DNA of 64,000 nt from Eledone cirrhosa (taxonomy: Eukaryota): the NCBI GenBank assembly GCA_964016885.1, contig OZ024746.1, positions 53,444,001-53,508,000 of the forward strand. The letters are read 5' to 3'. Shown here piece by piece: positions 18,593-34,093 of the stretch. The notes under the pieces were generated by a model. It did not search any database. It saw only the letters and a program-made list of their open reading frames with translations, and was not told the origin of the DNA. A program made the translations under genes and the position numbers. Within the stretch, counting starts at the first letter, position 1. Each line of letters opens with the position of its first letter.

Positions 18593-19323
18593 GTGAAGGA
18601 CATATAAACTATATATTATGTTTCCTGAATTGTGAAAATGGTGGTGTATACAAAAACCATAACATTATTTTGCTTCTCATTTATAATATTTCTCTGCACA
18701 CAAGCTTCTTTATCATACACAAAAAATACTTTACCACTACAACCTCCATAATACTCTTGATTACCCGCTTAAAGTGCTTGTATTGCATATAAAACCTTGC
18801 CGCACAATAATCATATATAAATAAGACACACGTGCATGCCTCACGTGTAACCATTGCATGCAATAACTACTACAACTGACTAACAAACTATCCTCTTGCA
18901 TTATCTTCGTAAACTGCCGATGTATTTTAATTTTAATTTTGCTTCGATTCTGTTTTAATATGATTTTAATTTTTGAATTTAAATTGCCATGCAAAAATAA
19001 TATAATGGTTGTCACCACACTGTGCATCAATATATACAAATGTATCTGTATGTCTCTTGTGTTGGAAAGGAGGTCATTTATGTAAACAAACATTGAAAAA
19101 TTGCTCCAAAGACTCCTAACCTCGGTTTGCATGAAACAATTGTAAGCTAATAAATGGTTTGAACAGAACTTTGATTCATGTGAATTCTATATAACTGCTC
19201 TGCAGAACAACTGATGTTATTACATTGAGCTATTTATCTTACTGGTAATAAGGTAGTAATATATTACTGTCTTTCAATGTTTAGGGTTTAAAATATATAT
19301 AACATAAATGGTATCCTTAATAC
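18590..19323 (+). mobile_element. Family D pLTR-like element with degenerate hammerhead at 19101-19149
   Basis: Homologous to 15502-16103; core is CCAAAGA (G5A) ...GAAACAATTGTAAGC; flanked by (TA)n. Confidence 0.7.
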
Positions 19324-19364
19324 TATATATATATATTTTTGATATATATATATATATATATATA

Positions 19365-19403
<39 letters not shown>

Positions 19404-19635
19404 ATATATATATATATATATGATATATATATATATATATGATATATATATATATATATATATGATATATATATATATATATGATATATATATATATATA
19501 TATATGATATATATATATATATATGATATATATATATATATATATGATATATATATATATATATATGATATATATATATATATGATATATATATATATAT
19601 GATATATATATATATATATGATATATATATATATA

Positions 19636-19709
<74 letters not shown>

Positions 19710-19817
19710 TTATATATAATATATATATATAATATATATATATAATATATATTATATATAATATATATATATAATATATATATATAATATATATTATATA
19801 TAATATATATATATAAT

Positions 19818-19912
<95 letters not shown>

Positions 19913-19920
19913 TATATAAT

Positions 19921-20013
<93 letters not shown>

Positions 20014-20065
20014 ATATATATATTTATATATATATATATATATTTGATATATATATATATATATT

Positions 20066-20170
<105 letters not shown>

Positions 20171-20200
20171 ATATATATATATATTTGATATATATATATA

Positions 20201-20388
20201 TAGTAATAATAATAAATTTGAAGACTAAAATCCAAAGAGGGCTCGATAAGGATAAATATATATCAAATATATAAGAACCGTAGAGCAAATATGCGTTTAC
20301 AGATTGACTTTGTTAGTTTCAGAAGATCCCGTTAAGGGTGAAAGTAGCGATTCTTTGCTTAAACTTTAATCTGTTATTTAATAAATAT
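20201..20388. mobile_element. Family H element: inverted 3' piece plus direct piece with hammerhead-like core at 20320-20355
   Basis: 20201-20290 matches 55007-55097; 20292-20388 matches 55913-56010. Confidence 0.7.
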
Positions 20389-20436
20389 ATATATTTATAT
20401 ATATATATATATATATTTGATATATATATATATATT

Positions 20437-20530
<94 letters not shown>

Positions 20531-20584
20531 ATATATATATATAGATAGATATTTGATATATATATATATATATATATAGATATT

Positions 20585-20623
<39 letters not shown>

Positions 20624-20962
20624 TATTTGATATATATATATATATAGAGATATTTGATATATATATATATATAGAGAGAGAGAGATATTTGATATATATA
20701 TATATATATATATTTGATATATATATATATATATATTTGATATATATATATATATATATATTTGATATATCTATATATATATAGAGAGAGAGATATTTGA
20801 TATATATATATATATATATATTTGATATATATATATATATATATTTGATATATATATATATATATATATTTGATATATCTATATATATATATATTTGATA
20901 TATCTATATATATATATTTGATATATATATATATATATATTTGATATATATATATATATATT

Positions 20963-21023
<61 letters not shown>

Positions 21024-21030
21024 ATATATC

Positions 21031-21063
<33 letters not shown>

Positions 21064-21064
21064 T

Positions 21065-21113
<49 letters not shown>

Positions 21114-21227
21114 ATATATCTATATATATATATATATATATATATATTTGATATATCTATATATATATATATATATATATATTTGATATATCTATATATA
21201 TATATATATATATATATATTTGATATA

Positions 21228-21277
<50 letters not shown>

Positions 21278-21314
21278 ATATATATATATATATATATTTG
21301 ATATATATATATAT

Positions 21315-21353
<39 letters not shown>

Positions 21354-21567
21354 TATTTGATATATATATATGATATATATATATGATATATATATATATA
21401 TATGATATATATATATATATATGATATATATATATGATATATATATATATATGATATATATATATATATATATGATATATATATATATATATGATATATA
21501 TATATATATAGGATATATATATATATATATTATATATATATATATATAGGATATATATATATATATA

Positions 21568-21604
<37 letters not shown>

Positions 21605-21763
21605 ATATATATATATATATATATGATATATATATATATATGATATATATATATATATATGATATATATATATATATGATATATATATATATATATGATA
21701 TATATATATATATATGATATATATATATATATATGATATATATATATATGATATATATATATA

Positions 21764-21812
<49 letters not shown>

Positions 21813-22404
21813 ATATATATATATATGATATATATATATATGATATATATATATATGATATATATATATATGATATATATATATATATATGATATATATA
21901 TATATGATATATATATATATATATGATATATATATGATATATATATATATATATGATATATATATGATATATATATAATATATATATATATATATGATAT
22001 ATATATATGATATATATATGATATATATATATGATATATATATATGATATATATATATGATATATATATATGATATATATATATGATATATATATGATAT
22101 ATATATTATATATGATATATATATATGATATATATATATGATATATATATGATATATATATATATGATATATATATATATAAGATATATATATATATATA
22201 TGATATATATATATATATATATGATATATATATATATATGATATATATATATATATGATATATATATATATGATATATATATATGATATATATATATATG
22301 ATATATATATATATGATATATATATATGATATATATATATGATATATATATATATATATATTTATATATGGTTAAAAGAATAGAGGTGTAACAAACAAGT
22401 TATT

Positions 22405-22762
22405 ATATATTGGTAAACGGAATAGAAAATGCTGACAAATTGTTCACAGTTGAAAAATGGTTTAATTAGGAATAAAAGAGTATTAGTAATTGTATGGATT
22501 AGTATTCAGTTGTGGTTTTAAGTTTTTAAGTTTTTACAGGTTGCGCATTTCTAAATGCTTTTCAAAAATAACACTCTATCTCAAAATTATTTTTGAAAAG
22601 CATTTAGAAATGCGCAACCGGTAAAAACTTAAAACCACAACTGAATACTAATCCATACAATTACTAATACTCTTTTATTCCTAATTTATTTTATTCCTCT
22701 TTTATTCCATTTTTCAACTGTCAACAATTTGTCAGCATTTTCTTTTCCGTTTACCAATATAT
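22405..22762. mobile_element. Foldback element, family E (arms ~22405-22571 and ~22587-22762)
   Basis: Long inverted repeat with a 15-nt spacer; a single-arm copy lies at 32776-32948. Confidence 0.85.
22590..22627 (+). ncRNA. Hammerhead-like motif, U3-A8 / C13 variant (family E)
   Basis: TTT TTGAAAA GCATTT-AG-AAATGC GCAA CCGG TA AAA. Inverted copy at 22531-22568; third copy at 32795-32832. Confidence 0.55.
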
Positions 22763-22871
22763 TTATATATATATATGATATATATATATATATTTGATAT
22801 ATATATATATATATGATATATATATATTTATATATTTGATATATATATATATATGATATATATATATTTAT

Positions 22872-22906
<35 letters not shown>

Positions 22907-23513
22907 GATATATATATATATATATATTTGATATATATATATATATATATTTGATATATATATATATATTTGATATATATATATATATATATTTGATATA
23001 TATATATATATTTGATATATATATATATATATATGATATATATATATATATTTGATATATATATATATATATTTGATATATATATATATATCTTGATATA
23101 TATATATATTATTTGATATATATATATTTGATATATATATATATATATTTGATATATATATATTTGATATATATATATATATATGATATATATATATATA
23201 TTTGATATATATATATATATTTGATATATATATATATATTTGATATATATATTTGATATATATATATATATTTGATATATATATATATTTGATATATATA
23301 TATATATTTGATGTATATATATATATTTGATGTATATATATATATTTGATATATATATATATATGATATATATATATATATATGATATATATATTTGATA
23401 TATATATATATATATATATATTTGATATATATATTTGATATATATATATATATTTGATATATATATATATATATTTGATATATATATATTTGATATATAT
23501 ATATATATATTTG

Positions 23514-23544
<31 letters not shown>

Positions 23545-23843
23545 ATATATATATATATATATATATATTTGATATATATATATATATATATGATATATAT
23601 ATATATTTATATATATATATTTGATATATATATATATTTATATATATATATATTTATATATATATATATATATATTTGATTGATATATATATTTATATAT
23701 ATATATATATATTTGATTGATATATATATTTATATATATATATATATATATTTGATTGATATATATATTTATATATATATATATATATTTGATTGATATA
23801 TATATTTATATATATATATATATATTTGATTGATATATATATT

Positions 23844-23892
<49 letters not shown>

Positions 23893-24589
23893 ATATATTT
23901 GATATATATATATATTTATATATATATATATATTTGATATATATATATATATATATATATTTGATATATATATATATTTATATATATATATATATTTGAT
24001 ATATATATATATTTATATATATATATATATTTGATATATATATATATTTATATATATATATTTGATATATATATATATGATATATATATATTTATATATA
24101 TATATATATTTGATATATATATATATATATGATATATATATATATATAATGTATATATATGATATATATATATATATATTTTTTTTTCTCTCTCGTCTAC
24201 GATTTCACAGAACTTATGTTTACCGAATTCGCATACCAGACCCCTTCTTCCTCCCGTTAGACCTGTGCGAAATTCCTTCCTTGCTCACATTTCAACCAGG
24301 TTTGATGGTCTTTATTCTCTCGTTCACGATTTCACAGAACTTAAATTCATAGAAATCTGGGACTTGTCTCCTTCTTCCTCACTTTCTGTTGCTTCACCAT
24401 TTTGTTTGTTTACCCTCGTGTCCCCTTTTATTTACGTGTCCCAACGACTTTTTTTTAGCCGTTGCTCGCACCAACCGGAGGTATATGGTCTTTAAAGCGA
24501 TGAAATGCCTATGATAGTTGGAAGATCACTGATGAAGGACAAACTTTTTTCATATGTAACCTATTTGCAACTCCGCAGCGCCCTTATTA

Positions 24590-24624
<35 letters not shown>

Positions 24625-24692
24625 ATATATATATACATATATATATGATATATATATGATATATATATATACATATATATATGATATATATA

Positions 24693-24739
<47 letters not shown>

Positions 24740-24746
24740 ATATATA

Positions 24747-26887
24747 TCATCATCATCATCATCGTTTAACGTCCGTGTTCCATGCTTGCATGGGTTTGGA
24801 CGGGAGTTTTCCCACTTGAGGCAAGAGTGGTTGTCTTGCTCGCATAGGACTGTCTGGCGGGTTTTCTACAGTTCGATGCCCTTCCTAACACCAACCACAT
24901 TTACAGTGTGGGGCTGGGAGGTTTTTACTGTGTTGCCTACACGGCCACATTACAGCGTGGACTGTCTGGCAGGTTTTCTACAGCTGGATGCCCTTCCTAA
25001 CACCAACCACATTTACAGTGTGGGACTGGGAGGTTTTTACCGTGTTGCCTACACGGTCACATTACAGCGTGGACTGTGTGTTTTTTTGTCTTGACACCTA
25101 CACGATCTCATTTGTTTCGGCCTGGATTTTGTGGCACCAGCATAACTTTACATTGAAAGGGGCAGTGTGGATGGGGTGAGGGTGGTGGGACGGGGGTGTA
25201 TTTTGTTAGAGATGCCTACTGACTGTAGTAGGTTTTACTTTGTATTTAGGTAACGCGGGTCTTCTCTATTATTGAGTACCGCCAAAGCTCTCAGTCCAGT
25301 GACATTGTCTTGGAGAGGTGTAAGTGTATGAGGTCGGAATTTATCAGCTCGTCCCAGGTTTTTCTGGGTCTGCCTACTCCGTGGCTACCGTCTATCTTTA
25401 TTGCCCTGCACTTTGTTATACAGCTGTCGTCTTTCATGCGCATCACGTGACCATACCAACGTAGCCTTCTCTCGAGTTAACAACATCTGATCCCTCTTAT
25501 TTCTAATTTTTTTCCATGGGCAGCCGGTCTTGAACTCCACTGTTATAGCCTGAAGGGCAATATAAATAGTAGGGGCTCAGAACAGAGCACTGATGTACAC
25601 CAACTTTTACATTAAACTCATCACTATATTCGTTGTTAATTCTAACCTTGCTGACTGTTTCTTTATACATGGCTTGTATAGCTCTCACAACCCATTCGTC
25701 AACACCTAGTTTTCTAAGAGCCCACCAGATAATGGAGCGGGGGACTCTGTCGAAGGCTTTCTCCAAGTCAACAAAAGCTAAGTATAGGGGTTTACTTTTA
25801 GCTAGGTACTTCTCCTGTAGTTGTCGTACAATGAAAAGAGCGTCTGTGGTACTTTTGCCTGACACAAACCCGAACTGCATTTCATCTAGATCAATTCTCT
25901 CTCTGATTAGTTGCGCTATTACTTTTTCCGTGACCTTCATGACCTGGTCGATTAATTTAATGCCTCTATAGTTACTCCTATCTAGGGCGTCTCCTTTACC
26001 CTTGTAATAGTTAATGATGATGCTGCTACGCCAGTCCTTCGGAACAACCCCATTCTGTATGACTTGGTTTACTATCCGGGTGACCATGGTGTGTCCCACC
26101 GTTCCAGAGGCCTTCAGCATCTCAGCGACTATTTCCGAGGCCCAGCCGCCTTACCCGTCTTCATATCTTTGATTGCCTTACTTATTATACTACCTTCAAC
26201 TAACACTGCTGGTCCCTCTATTGGATCCTCTGGGGGAGACTATCCTTCTCCCATTTATTCTCCTCATTTAGTAGCCTCTCGAAGTGACACTTCCAAGCGA
26301 CCTTCTTATCAGCGTCAGTGATGGCGAGTACACCATCATCATTTAGTACACACTCCTCCCCAACAATATCACGGTTTTCCTTGACACATTGCCTAGCAAT
26401 CCTGAACACCTCACGTTTTTGGTCCTCGCGTTGTAGAACATGCTTTCCTCTGCTTCCTTTCTTGCAAAGTACACTTGTCTCCTAGCCACTTGATAGTCTT
26501 CTCTACTTCCCCCATCCCGCCATATTTTCCAAGCCTGCTTTTTGGCCTTAATCGACTCCTCCACCTTACTGTTCCACCACCATGTTACTCTCCTCCTGCC
26601 TATAGGCCTGCTCCGGCCACAGACTTCGTCTGCCGCCATCAGCAGGTTTGCTTCCAGGAATATTGTCCAACTCTAAATGCTCTTCCTTACTGTCGAAAGC
26701 ATCAAGTAATATGCTTTGAAATTTATTTCTGGCTGTGGGGTCCTTTAGCTTCCATATTTTTCTCTTGAGGATAGTCCTCTTCTGCTGTCGAGTACGTCTC
26801 GTCCTGACTATGAGGTCGCTAATTATCAGTCTATGTTGGGAGGTGCATTCTTCATGGGGGAGGGATTTAGTGTTTACAACAGTCACT
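24747..26887 (-). mobile_element. RTE-clade LINE copy 2, 5'-truncated, internal deletion removing YADD
   Basis: Same family as 16419-18542. Reaches the APE C-terminal SQHRLI motif, has QFGF and DLEKAFDRV, a duplicated ~110-bp unit in the 3' UTR and a (GAT)n tail. Confidence 0.95.
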
Positions 26888-30073
<3,186 letters not shown>

Positions 30074-30690
30074 TACTCTTTTACCTGTTTCAGCCATGCT
30101 GGGGCACCGCCCTTGTTGCTACACATTTTATCTCCAGCCTGTATAGGTTGGCCACTGGTGTAAGAGGAGTTTGTTGCTGCTGCCCTTAGGTTTCCCTCGT
30201 GTCTTGCTGTGCGCTCATCCGGGATCCTGGATAACAAGGTGTCGAGATGTTTCTTAAAGACATCCACCTCCACGTCATGCAAATCTCTCAGATGCCTCGG
30301 CAGCCTGTTGAAGAGTTGAGGGCCTTGAATCCCAGGCTATTGCAATACCTGCTCCTTATTCTAGATGTGGAAGACGGGACCTTTGGCACCACACAGTGAC
30401 GTCCTGTTCGACGGTTGGTCCAGCTCCCAATGCCAAAGTTTGGAGCTAGTCCCTCCAGGACTTTCCACATGTAGATCACTGCGTATCTCTCCTGTCTTCG
30501 CTCCAAGGAGTAGAGGTTCAGCTCCTTCCACCTCTACCAGTAGCTTGTCTCCCTCATCTTGGGAATCCTCTTGGTGTAGCTTCGCTGGATTGCTTCAAGC
30601 TCCGTAGTTAGTTTGACACTATGGGGTGACCACAACAGGAGCAGTAGTCCAGGCAGCTTAGGACAAAAGTCCTCCAAAGTGTCAACATGG
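30074..30690 (-). mobile_element. CR1/L2-group LINE, 3' end (cut by assembly gap)
   Basis: TLWRTFVLSCLDYCS..WSPH..LEAIQRSYTKRI...LNLYSLERRQERY...FKKHLD; 3' end GGCTGAAACAGGTAAAAGAGTA runs into (TA)n. Confidence 0.85.
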
Positions 30691-30890
30691 NNNNNNNNNN
30701 NNNNNNNNNNNNNNNNNNNNNNNNNNNNNNNNNNNNNNNNNNNNNNNNNNNNNNNNNNNNNNNNNNNNNNNNNNNNNNNNNNNNNNNNNNNNNNNNNNNN
30801 NNNNNNNNNNNNNNNNNNNNNNNNNNNNNNNNNNNNNNNNNNNNNNNNNNNNNNNNNNNNNNNNNNNNNNNNNNNNNNNNNNNNNNNNNN
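30691..30890. other. Assembly gap (200 N)
   Basis: Run of n. Confidence 1.
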
Positions 30891-31337
30891 TACATATACA
30901 TATATATATATATACATATACATATATATCATATATACCATATACATATATATATATAAAGTATATATACATATATATAGTACATATACATATATACATA
31001 AACATATACTATATATACATATATACATATATAATATATATACATATATATATTATATATACAATATATATAATATATATATAAATATATATATATACTA
31101 TTTATATATACATATATATATACATATAAATATAATATACATATATATAATATACATATATATACATATATATATACACATATATATGATATATACAGTA
31201 TATATATAGATACATATACATATATATACATATATATATATTACATATACATATATATACATATACATATATACATATATATATATATACATATATATAC
31301 ATATATATATATACACATATACATATATACATATACA

Positions 31338-31375
<38 letters not shown>

Positions 31376-31462
31376 CCATATATATAAATATATATATATA
31401 TATATACATTATATATATATACATATATATATATATCTATATATCTATATATATATATATAC

Positions 31463-31493
<31 letters not shown>

Positions 31494-31501
31494 ATATATA
31501 C

Positions 31502-31558
<57 letters not shown>

Positions 31559-31869
31559 CTATATATATATATATATATATACATATATATATGTAGAAAA
31601 CCCGCCCGACAGTCCACGCTGTAATGTGGCCGTGTAGGCAACACGGTAAAAACCTCCCAGCCCCACACTGTAAATGTGGTTGGTGTTAGGATGGGCATCC
31701 AGCTGTAGAAAACCCGCCAGACAGTCCTATGCGAGCAAGACAACCACTCTCGCCTCAAGTGGGAAAACCCCCGTCCAAACCCATGCAAGCGTGGAACACG
31801 GACGCTAAACCCGATGATGATGATGATACATATATATATATACATATATATATATATACATATATACAC

Positions 31870-31900
<31 letters not shown>

Positions 31901-32013
31901 CATACATATATATATACACATATATATATATATATACATACATATATATACATATATATATACATATATATACACATATATATATATACATATATATATA
32001 CATATATATATAC

Positions 32014-32046
<33 letters not shown>

Positions 32047-32147
32047 CATACATATATATATATACACATATATATACATATATATATATATACATATATA
32101 TATATACATATATATATATATACATAATTATATATATTTATATATAC

Positions 32148-32190
<43 letters not shown>
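30891..32190. repeat. (TA)n/CA compound microsatellite
   Basis: Direct reading of the sequence. Confidence 0.95.
31593..31826 (+). mobile_element. RTE LINE 3' UTR fragment
   Basis: Reverse complement closely matches 24750-24980; ends in (GAT)n. Confidence 0.9.
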
Positions 32191-32192
<2 letters not shown>

Positions 32193-32775
32193 GTACAATT
32201 TAAAAAAATATGATCAACACTAATGTGTTTTTTATTTTGCAAAATGACAATAATTTTTTAGCCAGAGAGTAATACCTTAATTCAAATACATATAGTCCGC
32301 CTGTATCGATCTAGAAAATATTAAATATTTAATCTATACTTACAGACGTAAAATGGCAACTGCCTGGTGCCTAGACAAGTTTAAATTTCAAAATTCCAAC
32401 CTTTTCAGCAGATCGGTCGGAACTTCAAAACATAAACCTGTTTCACAAGGGATGGTATACTAATGAAATAATTAATTAATTACGGAACAACTATTTATAA
32501 AATAATTATTAGTGAAGTAATCAATTTTCTGTGATTTTCAATAGGCACCCAGATAAATTATAGTTACTTCTCTTAAGATAAGAATCTTAAGACTGACCTG
32601 TCGCAAGCCTAATACATGTGCTTTTGCACACGACCTTCTCAGCATTCTGGCTCATATCCATGGCGCTAGAAATAACAGCCGTAAATATGGGATTATGAAT
32701 TCAGCTCTACCGAAGGAGCAGATTTATTTCAATTTAGTTCAATATAGTCAGCTCTGATCAGAGCAAAGAACACGG

Positions 32776-32948
32776 ACACTCTATCTCAAAATTATTTTTG
32801 AAAAGCATTTAGAAATGCGCAACCGGTAAAAACTTAAGACCACAACTGAATACTAACCCATAAAATTACTAATACTCTTTTATTCCTAATTAAACCATTT
32901 TTCAACCGTGAAAAATTTGTCAGCATTTTTTATTCCGTTTACCAATAT
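32776..32948 (+). mobile_element. Family E single arm with hammerhead-like motif at 32795-32832
   Basis: Matches 22571-22762. Confidence 0.8.
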
Positions 32949-32954
32949 ATATAT

Positions 32955-33106
32955 GTGTGGCTGAGTGGTTAGAGAATTGGATTCGCAATCGTAAGGTTGT
33001 GAGTTCGATTCCTGGACCAGGCGATGCGCTATGTCCTTGAGCAAGACACTTTATTTCACGTTGCTCCTTCAACCAGGAGTTGCGACCGATAGATAGTATT
33101 AGCAAT
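32955..33106 (+). mobile_element. SINE family B variant, truncated at the PLE junction
   Basis: TGGCTGAGTGG, GAGTTCGATTCC, CCTTGAGCAAGACACTT; the homologue at 58205-58430 continues past this point. Confidence 0.8.
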
Positions 33107-34017
33107 TTTATTTTTCCTCATTTACTCTGTAACCCAGTATGAATCAATTTGTATATATTGTTTATTCTAAATGTTAGTACATTGTTAACATATTATCATA
33201 TTATTATTGTGACATCTATATTGTTTGTGTAAATTAACCGGGATTATCTATTATATTGAATTATATAATTTTATTGTTTATTATTTATTATATGTGTTTC
33301 TTGTAATTATATCATATTATTACCTCATGTATATTGGGTAGATGTATTGGTATTATTATTATTATTATTTTCACTCTTATCATGCTTATTTTTATATTTT
33401 TTTATATTCAAACTCCTAATAAGGTTTAATTTGTGTAGTTGAAGATAGATGTGCGTATTGTTGTATGTGTGTGTGTGTGTGCGTGTGCGCACATATATAC
33501 ATGTACATATTGTACCTTTTGATTTTTATTGTAATTTTAATGTTGGTAAAGGTATATTATTATAATGTATTATATTATATTACATTGTGTTATATATAAT
33601 TCCTGCTCTATATAACCACCTTTGTTTAGCTTTAGGTTATTTGCTTTGGACTATATTTGTAATATGGTTCTTAATGTTATATACATCCTTAGTTATTCTT
33701 ATTATATATTTTTATTATTTTTATTTTTATTTTTATTATATATTTTTGCAAGACTTTAGTGTATGTACACTCCATATTCTTCGGAGCTTCCGGCTTGTAT
33801 CTGCCGATATTACTTCTTGTTGTTTTAATTGCCCTGATGAGTCCTTAATAGGACGAAACATTGTCGGCTAATAAAAACTTTTGATGTATTAAAGGCTTCT
33901 TTGTTTTACTTTCTTAATTTTTTGGCTGTTTAACTGCATTGAGCTATACCTTTTACTGTCATTTCTATAATACGAAGAGGGTGTTTAACTCCAACACGCT
34001 CCAGTATTTTAATCCTT
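33104..34017 (+). repeat. PLE1 5' pseudo-LTR
   Basis: Nearly identical to 37922-38839. Confidence 0.95.
33822..33878 (+). ncRNA. Type I minimal hammerhead ribozyme (PLE1 5' pLTR)
   Basis: GCC CTGATGA GTCC-TTAATA-GGAC GAAAC ATT GTC GGC; predicted cleavage after C33865; AATAAA follows. Confidence 0.92.
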
Positions 34018-34093
34018 GTCACTGCTCCCGACCGGTTGAGCTTACTCACATATATACTGGTATTTTGGCCTTTATATATATTTATCTGACAGT

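Noticed and set aside
24190-24550. CTGATGA at ~24529 and nearby short direct repeats
   Set aside because: No stem II or GAAA partner; looks like an unassigned decayed repeat.
33587-33871. Duplicated 94-aa hydrophobic ORF (also 38407-38691)
   Set aside because: Non-ATG start in T-rich pLTR sequence overlapping the hammerhead; the duplication is just the pLTR.
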